Notes: generated by a model not told the origin, from the letters alone. A stretch of DNA of 64,000 nt from Lytechinus pictus (GCF_037042905.1 NC_087245.1:992001-1056000); one strand, 5' to 3'. Counted from the stretch's first letter, positions 26,720-39,258 are shown. Numbers and translations are program-made.

Positions 26720-27645
26720 GTACATAAAAAAATACCTCCAAATAACTTCATTGGATAGGTCATAACAGAACATTCAAGCCTAATTTATCATAATCTGAAG
26801 GGGGTGTCACCATTTAAGAAAGAAAAGAAAAATAAACTGAAACACATCCCATGTTTCATGGTAAAGGCCTATCTGAAGTTAATTACGATGGCATCTGGCC
26901 TGAAATGTAAATTCCTAATGGAGTTCAGTGCTTATAGACAAAAGTGATTTTCTAAGATATATTTCCATCATTGATTCATATCAATTAGATCATGGAATAT
27001 TTTGCAGACTTTCAGTTTGTGTAGCAAGGAAGTGTATGTCGAATTAGGACCCAATCGAGAAGCTGCGGCCGATAGCATTAGGGATGGTCCCCTTTACTTC
27101 TTAGAACTCGACACCTCCGGAATATCCCAGTCCTTAAAAAAGTACATTTGTGCCACTGAGGATGGCGTTCTAACTACAAAGTTGTTCTATTTAACATTTA
27201 GTAATGATCGACATAGATTTTGAATACATTTGCGTGTGACACCTGCTCTCGATATAATTATCAACCCTCATAAGTCACGAGATGGCGCTATTCCTTATTT
27301 TTCATTTGATCATTGATGATGATATCACTTGCTGAGTGACAAATCATTGGAAATCGAGAATAAGTGACAACCATAATACATTGTACATATAGCTATAAAA
27401 CAGTTTTAATGATTTTTTTTAAATTTCTTATGTTTATATGAAATGGGGATTCGCTTGTGGAGGGGGGGGGGGGAAGTGATGCGTGCTATTTTGTAACATG
27501 TTTAGGTGAGTTCCAATAAAAATCTGATTCCCAAAGATTGAAGAAAATATGGCTCATACCCTTTCTGGGCCTTTGATTAATTATAACGCAAATGGTAATG
27601 TCCATATGTGGCCATCATTTTCTTCTTTTATTTTCGACCACACAG

Positions 27646-27930
27646 CGCCACTACCTCAGCGTCAAGGTCCAGTAGGCGAGGAAGCTGGGCCTAAATCCAC
27701 CTCCCATTCCGAGAGCAGTAGCAATGCTGAGATTGAGGCTCTTCGACGTCATGTAGAGGAGCTGATGCAGGAGAACGATGGTCTCAGAACTAAGGTCGAG
27801 ATGCTGGATGAAGTCGATGCCGAATACCGTATCAATCCTGATGAGCACATACGAGGAGAACCAGAACTTAGAACAAAGCTTCATCAAGCTGAGAGAGCTA
27901 TCACAACATTGAAGAAACGATTGGTTGAAA
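27646..27930 (+). CDS. SOGA/MTCL1-like: Coding exon of the SOGA/MTCL-like gene (285 nt, phase 1-1)
   Basis: ttttcttcttttattttcgaccacacAG acceptor and GAAA|GTGAGT donor. Coiled-coil EIEALRRHVEELMQENDGLRTKVEML. Phases match both neighbours. Confidence 0.88.
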
Positions 27931-28430
27931 GTGAGTTTCTCTCAATAATTGCAGATAATCCATCAGCTTACTCATTATCTTAAGCTATGAGATAACTTCC
28001 AACTGACCAAGCATTTATTTGTTCCTAACTGTTCAAACAGAAAAGTTTACCACATATTATAAATATTGGGAATATGCTGCACTGAGTCCTGTCATTGTTT
28101 ATGTTTTGTTTTTGTTTTCTCCAAATGGGGAAAAGGGATTTTTTTTTTTTTTTTTTTTGGGGGGGGGGGGAGAATCAGAGTATTATATTTTTATTTTTTA
28201 TCTGCACTTTATATCATTATTTTCAAAGGCTTATTTATTATGAGATCATTAAATAAAAAAAATGATTATTTTTGCCACTATTGTGCCGGGGCAGGGAGTG
28301 CAGTATTTCGATTAAGTTTTGTTTGATTGTCTGAAATTTTGGACGGGAGACTGGTTCTTCGAGACCATGTTTGTCACGTAGACCACTGGTTTTTTTTTGT
28401 CATAGCTGTAAATGATTTAATCTTTCCTAG

Positions 28431-28763
28431 GTGAGTATGAGGGTAGGACCTTCCAGATGGAGGCTGAATCCCTGCGGAAGCTTGCTCACATAGCTGGTGC
28501 TGAGGGTGGTGGAGGACACGCCAAACACAGGGGAAAATCACTGGAAACCAAACTCAGGGCACAGGTATCACTACTCAACACTGAAGCAGACGCGATGAGA
28601 CGGCAGATCGTCACCTTGGAAATACAGAACGAACAACTCCAGGATGAACTCGAGAAGCAGATGCAAACTCCCGTCGCAGTTGCGACCTCTTCAAGTTCTG
28701 ACAGTGACCGGGAACGATTAGAGGCCTTACAGCAGAAGATCGCACAGCTTGAAGAGGAACTAG
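28431..28763 (+). CDS. SOGA/MTCL1-like: Coding exon of the SOGA/MTCL-like gene, short spliced form (333 nt, phase 1-1)
   Basis: tctttcctAG acceptor. Another SOGA-type repeat ETKLRAQVSLLNTEADAMRRQIVTLEIQNEQLQDEL. Internal donor CTAG|GTGCGT at 28764 lies where the coiled coil ends, in phase with exon 39030. Confidence 0.82.
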
Positions 28764-30070
28764 GTGCGTATTATGCGCGAGAAACTGCGGGGGTGGATGC
28801 GATGTCCCCACGGGTTCAACGCAAACCTCCACTAGGGGGTAATAGTAAGGGTCCGGGTGTAGAGGTTCCTGTGTCGCCCGTTGCCCCTCAACCAGAAGGG
28901 AAGATAGTTCAAGGGATTGGGGATAAAGGGAAGGATAGTACGAAAGCTCCTGTTTCTCCCGTCTCGCCTCGTTCAGAAAGTAAACCTTTCCTCGTTGCGG
29001 GTGGCACTTCCAAGGTAGTTGAGAATCCTAAAATCCCAATCTCTCCCCGCAACGATGGAAAGCCAAACTTTAGTATAGCAGGCAAGATGAAAGGTTCAGA
29101 AGCTACTCTCTCGTTGAAGATTGAACCATTGGGTGTCCCCAAATGTGACAATCCTGTGTCTCAGAGGGAAAGAAAACCATTGGTTCGGACAGATACCCCC
29201 TTTTCAGGTGACCTTCCAGAAGACCCTTTAAAATCAAAATTCTCGAACAAGTTACCATCAAATAAAAAAGGGCTTTCGAATATAAAGGAAGGAAAGACTT
29301 TCGGAACTCCAAAATCACCTATTGTCGAAAAAGGTGCGCAAAATGGGAAATCCCTGATTGAAGCCGAAGATTCGAATAATAACTCTAATGCAATACATTC
29401 TAATTCTGCTGGGCCTCCAAACCGTAAGAACAATCAAACAGCCCAGTACGGGCACGGCAAAAAGGAGTTCGCTTGTACTTTCCTTCCGAAAAAAAATGAA
29501 AAGGTGCCATTTAAAATGAAAGGTAATGCTTCTAATTCAAGTAAGTCTGCTTCTGATCTTGAAAATAAAAAAGAATCGGTGTCGTCTGACAAATTTGATA
29601 ATACAAAAAAGGATCAAGATAAAGTAACTTCTGAGAAACAAACTGGTATGGATCCTTCATCAAAGACTGGGATAAAGGGTTCAGATGATAGAGGCAGTGA
29701 GTCTGAATCTGATGAACCATATGTGTCGGTGTCGGCAAGACGAAACATGTGGAAGGGCTTAGTTCAAAAGCACAAGATACAAACTGGGATCAAACCGGGA
29801 ATGGGGCCTGGTAAAACCAAACCTCAGATACAATTACCACCAAAGGTATGTGAAGAAAAGGGCAATGGTCAAGACACGACTAAGCAGACAGGTCCATCTT
29901 CTCCACATTCAACGCTGAATGTACCCGCTAATCCAACTACCCCATCGGGAAAAGGAGATAACAAGGTTTCGGAAAACACCATATCTCCTTCCAGTCCTGG
30001 CCAAAATCCATTCGGACAAAATCCATTAGGGCTAAAACCAAAGAAATCCAATGCTCAAAGATTATGGTAG
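28431..30070 (+). CDS. SOGA/MTCL1-like: Long read-through form of the same exon: alternative terminal exon adding a ~435-aa Pro/Ser/Lys-rich disordered tail
   Basis: The frame stays open 1307 nt past the internal donor to TAG 30068-70 (ORF 28457..30070). AATAAA follows at 30072-30077. Confidence 0.75.
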
Positions 30071-30071
30071 G

Positions 30072-30077
30072 AATAAA
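30072..30077 (+). promoter_or_regulatory. Candidate polyadenylation signal AATAAA for the short isoform
   Basis: Canonical hexamer just after the stop, followed by GT/T-rich sequence. The hexamer is common in AT-rich DNA. Confidence 0.4.
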
Positions 30078-30834
30078 AGTGTGTAAGTCATAGATAGAAT
30101 TGGTTTGGATAATAGTTTTCAAATGCTGATGTTGCTTCTAGTTGTTTCGATGATTTTGTCACACCATTTGGTGAGTGAGAATTTGCGAGTTTAAAGGATT
30201 TTAATTACTAATGATATTTGACCTTTGCAAGCCTTCACCCACCCTAGATGTGAGGTGTCCTCTCGTCCGTTCCTTTTTTTCATTCTCACGACTAAAATAA
30301 AATTTCAAACTTTATGCATGTAGGAGTGACGTAATCAGATGGGATTTCAAGATATCATGCAAAGATAAATCTGGAATGGTTGGCTCTCCCATATCATAAA
30401 GAACGCTTTGAATAATCAACTTCAAACTTGGTCCATGTTTGAATTTCGGGAATTGAAATCTTGAATAGATTTTGAAGAATAATGCACTCTTTGTCAGATC
30501 TGACATTGGAGGCACTGGTGCATGCAGTCGGGAACTACATAATTTTTTTTCTTTCTTTCTTGCCGTTTATTATGTTTCGCTTAGACAATGACTGTAAATA
30601 ATTATGGAAAGCCCCAGTACACATGTTGCTAGACAAAAAAAGTTATCATTCTTTTCTGCAATACACCATAGAAGCAAAGATTTCGTCATCATCTTTTCGT
30701 CTGTTTTAACGTTTATACTTTTTTCTTCTTTTAGCTCTGAAATAGTAATTCATTAACCAAGTTTGTTGTTATAGATCGTTCTATTGTTTTCACTTTTATT
30801 TCACTGACAATCTTTCTCTGTAATTGGTGGTCAA

Positions 30835-31507
30835 TTTTTGTCTCGCCTGCGTAGCAGAGCGAGACTATAGGCGCCAATTTTCCAACGGCGTCGGCGTCGT
30901 CAACATTGAAATCTTAACCAAGGTTAAGTTTTTGAAATGTCATCATAAATTAGAAAGTAGATGGACCTAGCTCACGAAACTTGAAACCTGCCTGAGTTCC
31001 AGGTTACATGACCAAGGTCAAAGGTCATTTAGGGTCAATGAACTTAGACCATGTTTGGGAGATCAATATCGAAATCTTAACCAAGGTTTAGTTTTTGAAA
31101 TGTCGTCATAACTTAGAAAGTATATGGACCTAGTTCATGAAACTTAGACATAAGGGTAATGGTGTATCACTGAAGATCCTGCCCGAGTTTCAGATCACGT
31201 GACCGAGGTCAAGGTCACTTGGGGTCAACGAACTCTGACCATGTTGGGGGTATTTGTGATATTGTCATCATAACTTTAAAATTTTATGGATCTAGTTAAT
31301 GAAAGTTGGACATAAGGGCAACCAAGTATCCCTGAACATCGTGTGCGAGTTCCAGGTCACATGACTCAGGTCAAAGGTCATTTAAATATGAATGTTTTCA
31401 TTTTTTGAATAATTATTCAGTAGCTGTTTGCCTGTTTTCAAAGTCAGCACTGCTGCTATATCGAATCGCGTAATACAGGCGAGACTGCCAGAGGCGTTCC
31501 ACTTGTT
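30835..31507 (+). mobile_element. Helentron-associated (HINE/DINE-like) non-autonomous element with ~3 internal repeats
   Basis: T-run, then subterminal IR GTCTCGCCTG (30840) matched by CAGGCGAGAC (31476), and a 3' end ...CACTTGTT. Internal ~165-180-bp repeats carry tgtcatcataac...atggacctag...gaaactt...aggtcaaaggtca. Confidence 0.75.
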
Positions 31508-34119
31508 ACTATTTTTAGTTGCTTAACTTTGTGTATGGATACAGAAGAATTTTAAGTATATGACTTAAACATTGACTCCTGCTCTATTTTAATTGTATTT
31601 GTGAATTTCTTCTTTTTATTCTTACTAATAATCAATATTGCGATAAACCTCACCACAATAACACTTAATTTATAAGGTTGACATTCTGATATTCACGTGT
31701 GCTTTATGCTAAATTTCCATTGGTTGACTTTTAACTTCAATTTAAAAGATCGAACTGGTATGGATCTATATGTTCTAATTAATACTTTTTCATTGAATGT
31801 ATAAATCCATTGTTTCTACAAATGCCTATATACGTTTTGTTCATGTACATGTAGGTTTCTGCGTATTATTGCAAGTAATCTAATTAACTGCGTAACATTT
31901 ACTGTCACTGAAATTAATACTGATCTGTGCTTGATTTTAATTTAGATTTGTTATCAAAATATTTTTATTACGATATTCATGCATTCATGCTAAATATAAC
32001 TACTAATCCATTTTCTCAGTATTCTAGAATTAATTTCTACTTAAGTCAGTCCATGGAAATTATGCAATAAGCACCAAAATCTTATTTTTTCAAATATAGA
32101 AACATTGTCTTTAATGATACTATCTGGATAAAAATACAATTTTACCGCACAGAATTAGGAGGAAAATTTGACTATGTCATGTTTTACCACAAAAACACAT
32201 TGTATGGTAATGAGCTTGACTCTTGAACATGATCAAAATATTGACAGTAGTCTGGTTTCTTTGTAAACATTCAAATATAGGAATCTCCTACCAGGTCAGG
32301 CTAACTTGATCTTGGGTTCTGACTCACTATTCTTATTTTCAACGAGAATGAACTCTTTATGGCCTGGACTAACATAACTTATTTGCAATATTGAAAAAAA
32401 AATCTTTAGTAACCAAGCCCCTGATGTGAAGTATATGTATAATCCAAATGTTATAGATGTGTGCATTTCAGAATAAGAAAGACACCTTTGAATCAATCTT
32501 ATTTCAGGAAAAAGTTCACGTGATATGCCTTCAGAGGAAATTCTCTGATAATTTTTCAGTATGTATTTATATACCTTCAGTTCTATTTTATTTGAATTAT
32601 GATGCAGTTTCTGAAAATTGTTATTATACAATATATTTTACTTTATTATGCGCTTATGCCTTCATTGTTCAATAAGCTTTGTTTTATTCGATTACAGACA
32701 TTGCTTTGTACATCAGTTATTCGATATGATTACTCCATAATAAACCTTTTGGTTTGAATTCGGTTTGCAAACTTTTTGATGTAGATTACTAAAATCAGAT
32801 TTTGCAATTTGTCTCATATGAAGAATTTGAGAGATTAGGTAATTTTCTTATTGCAGTGCAATTTTATAGTTTAAACATGTGTGCCTCTATCTAAGCAATG
32901 TGCGAGAAATATAGTTCCACATGGATATTTCTATTTCATATTTGAATATTTTGTTTTGAATTAGTTTGGACAAGATGTTTTCTGTTGCTCGACATAATCT
33001 ATGTTCACGCAAGTCTTTGTATTATGATAGGCACAAGTGCTTACGTAAATATTGTTTTTCAGAAGTTTTATCTTATTTATCAAATTTATGCAATACGTCA
33101 TGCAATATCAATCTACAAACGTGCTTGTAAGTAATAAATATAAGTATCTAATTTAACACTACTTTATGATTTGCCCTTTTTATCTGTCATTTTTAAATGA
33201 GAGTTTTTGCTTGGATAGCTAGTTAATCTGAATCAGAGATTCAAATGAATGAAAGCCTTTCCTGGAGAATCCAATCAAAATGTTTACTTGCTTTTGGAGA
33301 AAAAAGGTGAAAGTTAGAAAAAAATCATGAAAATAAGGCAAACGAATAAAACGTTATGAAATTATAAAGTTGTAAAAAATGTAATCACCATAATTACATG
33401 TATCTTCAGTGATTCCAAATTCGCTGCAAAGAAAGTGATGTTATAATATAGGGTTGAGGCCAGGGGAAGGACAATGATTGAAATCTTTGTCAATACTTTT
33501 ACTGGGAATGATATTTTGTTTTTATTTGGGAACTAATATATTTATCGCCCCGATGAAATGTCCATAGAGGAGAAAACACAAAAATTCATTTGGTGACATA
33601 ACAAATGAGAGAGTAACCCCCTCTCTCTACCACTCGTTACAATCTACTCACTAAGTTGCCAATTTGCGATGATTTTTTTTTGTCGAACAGCTCTAGCTTT
33701 TTTTTAAATTCCTTATTGATATCGTTAAAACTTACACCATTCTGATCTTTTTTTTAAATTTCCTCTCTCACACGAATCATTTTATTACCACTGTAACATT
33801 AACATAAAATCAAGCATTTAGGAATTGTAATTTGAACAGCTTAAAGTGAAACCTTTAAGAATGTTAATTCATATTAATTAAAGGTTTGGATATGAGAGAT
33901 GGTGGTGTTTTTAGAGGGAGAACATTGTTAGGGCCTATGCCCTAAGGTTTATGCATAACGTATTTTGGGTTTATCTACCGCGTATCCCCCCCCCCCCCCC
34001 CATTACGCAAAACCTACTTTCACTTTCTGTGTCATTCTTTTTCGTAGTAACCATCACTGAAGCTTTGATTTTAGTTGGCTGTTCAGGTGAGATAGAGTTA
34101 CTATTGGACGTTAATCCGT

Positions 34120-34280
34120 TCCTGAGGCCCGTTCCGTATGGATCGACTATGGTAACTTTGCACTTACGGTAATTACCATGGTAACATGACTCAGTAGCCA
34201 ATCAAAATCAAGGTTTCCATGGTAGTTACAATAATGGAAAAGTTACCATGATTTTAAATATTTATAAAACATGCCCCAGG
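34120..34280. mobile_element. Short degenerate inverted-repeat element
   Basis: CCTGAGGCCCGTT ... AACATGCCCCAGG ends with internal repeated (G/A)TTACCATGGTAAC-like palindromes. Confidence 0.45.
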
Positions 34281-36053
34281 CGTGATAAGAATGCAAATGA
34301 GTGTTACAAAAAAGAATGGAATTGAAACTAGCTAAATCAAGATGAAGACTAAATAACTTAGTTATATGGAGATAAGACCAATGATTATTATATAAACAGC
34401 GCCACCAAGCGTTGTCACTAAAAACAATTTGAACGCTGGTGGTAAACCTACCCTTTCAAAATTCTTCAAGAATTTCCCATCATGCTTTGCGATGCCTACG
34501 GCAGCGGAGACGTGATTGGTCTTTAAATACAACTGGCTAATTAGCCTAAAGGGTCACGTGACTTGGTAAATGAATCTGTTGGTGATGGTATCTGTTTTTC
34601 ATCTGTTGACTCTCACGGTTAATGTACAGGGTGACTAGAAAGAAAGAACTATATTGTGGAATAACCCATCTCAAGTATTCACACAATATATGTATCAACG
34701 CTTGATTGCCTCCATATAATGAATTAAAATGATTAACGAAGTAATTAGTTATAATTCAAATATTGAGAAAGTGTTGCAACGTTTCATTCTGTGGTCATAT
34801 TCTAGAAATGATACATTTAGTGAACTGTTATGGGCTTACGTCATATCAAATGTCAGAAATTCGCATATAAAAATGAAGTTGATCACATCTTTTGTTGTTG
34901 TTTTGAGGAGGATATTAACCATAGACATGTGTTTTAGTTATGTAATGTATTAACAATATGGTTACAATCTGATCATTGCCCCATTGTCATGCTTGTAAAT
35001 TTTTGTACATCATTGTAAATCTTGTAAATCATTTTGTACACTCTTTAACTGTAATATGATGTTGATGGGTTTTTTTATTTGGACACCGTGTACAGCCTAT
35101 CATCTTGCCAAAAGGAAACGAAGCTGTTTATAAGTGATGATAAGATAACCATTCAGCTCTTCGCTATGTGAAGCCCGGTGAACTTGGCAGTTGTTACACA
35201 CATTCCTCAATTGTATTCTTCCATTCACCCTGGCCCATGTAGAGGCTGTTTACTTTCAACATTTTTCACCAAACAACCCGAGGCAAGACTAATCAGAGTG
35301 TTGAGTCTTTTTAGGAGGTGACATTTTGAGGACTGTGAAAGACTTTCATAACCTTTCCGTGGCGACGTTATCGGATTAATTACTGTTAAACCAATTCCTT
35401 ATGATATTTCGCGAATATTAACATTTTATAATACCAATGTTTATAACAATTTCCAAATTTGAAAATTCTGTTGGATTTTCTATTTCAATGAGTGTTTGTT
35501 TTCTTTTATAGAAAAGAAAAGTGTTTCTACATCTTATAGAGATATACGTGTAGACTAAATGTAGAATTGTGTATATGGAATTCCAGCTTAGTACTCGATC
35601 TCATGAATATATTATAAATATTATGTCTTATTGTGTTCAAATTACTCTGTTTTGGTCTTATCTGGAGAATGCTTCATATAACAATCTGAAAACAGTGATG
35701 TCATTTATCTTTTCATTTGAAATTGTACGCCTGTACACGTTGATCTCAGATATCAGATTGAAATAGATCGGGTCACCATGGATTAATTTGATATGCTTGG
35801 TACTGGTTAGGGCTTCATCAATGATATATCACGTGTGTATTTGTACTCTGACGGAACCAGTCTTACATCGTCGTTCTATGTTAATACAGAAGTCTGTCAT
35901 TGCTTAATCACCATCAGCTGCACCTTTTTTCTTTCTGTTCTGAATCGCCAAAGTCATAAGGGTAACTAATAAATAAACAGTTGAGCGATGTTATATTATT
36001 TGCTTTAAGAAATCGTTTCGTTGATGACTTTTTCACCCAAACATTAGAAGAAA

Positions 36054-36279
36054 CACTCTAAAAACACTGACTAAAATTTTACCAAATATTTGGTAGAAAG
36101 GGAACATGCATGTTTGCTGGGTATTTATTTTTTACCCCATATTGGGCAAAATGCATGTTTAAAGGGTAAATTCCAACGCAACATTGCGTAAAATTTACAA
36201 AATACTTGGTATCTTTTTACCCAACCAACATGCATGTTCCCATTTTACCCAATATTGGATAAACTTTTTTTTTATAGTG
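36054..36279. mobile_element. Degenerate CACT-terminus MITE
   Basis: CACTCTAAAAA ... TTTTTATAGTG with internal inverted gggaacatgcatgtt / aacatgcatgttccc. Target site decayed. Confidence 0.65.
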
Positions 36280-36854
36280 AAGACATGTCTGATGTCTCAG
36301 GTATTTGCAATTGTCTCTGTCTCGTAATAGGTCGGTCCATGCTCGTACCCATTCACCTAAAATGTATTTATGTCATGTGAACAGACTGTATAGGTTGTGT
36401 ATTCTTAAATCGCCTTCATAATGCGCTATCCAATAGTCGTCAAATTTAAAGCAGATTGCCATAAAGGATTTTAAAAGGTGTGAGGTCAGTGCTCAATTAT
36501 TTTCAGAGCAATGATACTTTGATTTAAACCAAATAAGAAGAGTAGCAAGAATGTTTGATTCGCATTCGACTGTCTCTCGTTCCAATGGAACATTCATGTT
36601 GAACTCTCCCATCTTCTGTGGTCCATTCTTACTATGATCTAATTAGGTGAATTCAACGGGCACAGTCTTGAAACAAACCATCGGCCTTCTGGTGTAACTG
36701 TGATGACAACAGCGATAATTTGACATGTGCTATCTCGGTTGGCATGCCTCCACGTGGAACATAACATCCTGAATGATGATAGAATAGGGAGGGGTAACAT
36801 TAGTAGGGGTCTAGGGTAAAGGTTTGGCTTTGGAGGGGTAACATGAGTAGGGGT

Positions 36855-37845
36855 ATTTATGCTGGGAACGGATAACACGAGGGGGGTAAAGCCAGGGTTA
36901 TGCTGGGAATGGATAACATGAGGGGGGTAAAGCCAAGGTTATGCTGGGAATGGATAACATGAGGGGGGTAAAGCCACGGTTATGCTGGGAATGGATAACA
37001 TGAGGGGGGGTAAAGCCAAGGTTATGCTGGGAACGGATAACACGAGGGGGGTAAAGCCAGGGTTATGCTGGGAATGGATAACATGAGGGGGGTAAAGCCA
37101 CGGTTATGCTGGGAATGGATAACATGAGTGGGGGTAAAGCCACGGTTATGCTGGGAATGGATAACATGAGGGGGGGGGGGTAAAGCCAAGGTTATGCTGG
37201 GAATGGATAACATGAGGGGGGGGGGTAAAGCCAAGGTTATGCTGGGAATGGATAACATGAGGGGGGTAAAGCCAAGGTTATGCTGGGAATGGATAACATG
37301 AGTGGGGTAAAGCCAGGGTTATGCTGGGAATTGATAACATGAGTGGGGTAAAGCCAAGGTTATGCTGGGAATGGATAACATGAGGGGGTAAAGCCAGGGT
37401 TATGCTGGGAATGGATAACATGAGGGGGGTAAAGCCAGGGTTATGCTGGGAATGGATAGCATGAGGGGGGGTAAAGCCAAGGTTATGCTGGGAACGGATA
37501 ACATGAGGGGGTAAAGCCAAGGTTATGCTGGGAATGGATAACATGAGGGGGTAAAGCCAGGGTTATGCTGGGAATGGATAGCATGAGGGGGGTAAAGCCA
37601 GGGTTATGCTGGGAATGGATAACATGAGGGGGTAAAGCCAGGGTTATGCTGGGAATGGATAACATGAGGGGGGTAAAGCCAGGGTTATGCTGGGAATGGA
37701 TAACATGAGGGGGGTAAAGCCAAGGTTATGCTGGGAATGGATAACATGAGGGGGTAAAGCCAAGGTTATGCTGGGAATGGATAACATGAGGGGGGGGGGG
37801 TAAAGCCAAGGTTATGCTGGGAATGGATAACATGAGGGGGGTTAA
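36855..37845. repeat. G-rich minisatellite, ~39-44-bp unit, about 24-25 copies
   Basis: Unit G(n)TAAAGCCA(A/G/C)GGTTATGCTGGGAATGGATAACATGA repeated head to tail. Confidence 0.97.
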
Positions 37846-39029
37846 AGTTCTGATGAGGATGGGGCAGAGAGAAAATGGTGTAGAGCAAAAAGTCAAAATG
37901 AGAGAGGAAGAAAACTTTTGTGTGGAGAATTATGGAAAGCGTAAAAACGAATTAATCGTGACCTTTTTTAAAAGTTGTTGAAAGTGAAAAGAAATTGTCC
38001 GACATATAAAAATGGTTTTGTCCTAAATCATCTAGTCAATAATTGGCATAAGGAGAATGATGATGATGAGGGATGCAAGATAACTCTAATGTAGGTAAAT
38101 TAAGTACATCTGGCTTGAACATCTTCACCTTGAAGTAGTCTAGGAAGACAAACTTTTTTTGCCAAAAATATAAAAAACAACATCAAGATTCCATATAATC
38201 GCAACTCTCCATTAAATCAGACCATAAGGGCACTATAAGAATGTTCATTTATCATCGCTTGTCAGTTGAAGTCGTAGTCTCTTGTCTCGAGGATTATTAA
38301 TGAAAAGAATTAAATAGCACCTTTCAAAGCCATTGGACGTGTCTGAGCTGTAAGACTAGTCCAAATGAATGGATATACTGACTTCATAGATGTGTTTATC
38401 AATGGAACAGTTGTATCATATAAGTTGATGCCAGATGGAATAAAGAAACGTTGATGTATCTTTCCATTTTCATATAATATCTTGAGGAATATACTCCCCC
38501 ATGCCAGGTGTATTCAAAGTTATTTCGTGTGGTGAGAATTTGTTTTTTTACGTATCACTTTTTACTTCATCTTAAATATTCATCGTTCGGATTGTTTGTC
38601 CTATTCGACCAGCTTTTCTGCAATGTTTCGAGATCGAATATGTCCTAGGTTTGGTTATGATATCATGTTGATGTGGTATTCAAGTATATTGGAGGTGTAA
38701 CTTTGCCTATTAAACTTCCATTGATTCCTTCCATCACCAAGATTTGCCACACTTCGCCGCACTTCTCCAAAATCAAGAAACTGAATTCATCTCTGTTTTT
38801 GAAGAGGAAACCGTATTTTCTGTTTTGTTTTTAATCAATTGTGATATCTATGTTAAAATGTCACTGTTTTCCTTTTAATCTTGAGGATTGTTGATAGGTA
38901 AACAAAAGTCGTTTCTACAGAACAATTTTCCTCTTCTTTTTGGTGAGGATATCTTATGGGACGTTAAAGATGCGCAATACGTCTTATGATTCCATCTCTT
39001 CCATTTTATCATTTTTCTTGAACCAATAG

Positions 39030-39241
39030 GTGACCTGTTGCTGGTGGTGAAGAGCAAAGATGTCACCCAGGAGCAGCAGGAGAAAGAACTCCAGGTCTCC
39101 AAGAGGGAGTGTGGTCAGCTCCGCCGGGAGATGCTTGCTAATGAGTCCGTCCTCAAACAACGCCTTGGGGAGGAGGAGGCGAGGAGAGAAGTGGTGGAGC
39201 AACAGCTTCGGATCGTTGAGGAGAGAGCAGATGCATTGCAG
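39030..39241 (+). CDS. SOGA/MTCL1-like: Coding exon of the SOGA/MTCL-like gene (phase 1-0)
   Basis: ttttatcatttttcttgaaccaatAG acceptor, CAG|GTTGGT donor. Coiled-coil DLLLVVKSKDVTQEQQEKELQVSKRECGQLRREM...EERADALQ. Confidence 0.85.
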
Positions 39242-39258
39242 GTTGGTAGAGATACGAG

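Noticed and set aside
30064..30090. Donor-like ATG|GTAGGA and GTAAGT at the end of the long ORF
   Set aside because: The first is phase 2 and does not fit the phase-1 exon at 39030. The second lies after the stop codon.
26406..30122. Antisense ORFs overlapping the exons
   Set aside because: They are shadow frames of the plus-strand coding sequence.
36855..37845. Regular ~40-bp repeats as a CRISPR array, or as repeat proteins (MLSIPSITLALPP ORFs)
   Set aside because: There are no unique spacers and no cas genes, and the context is eukaryotic. The ORFs are frameshifting translations of a minisatellite.
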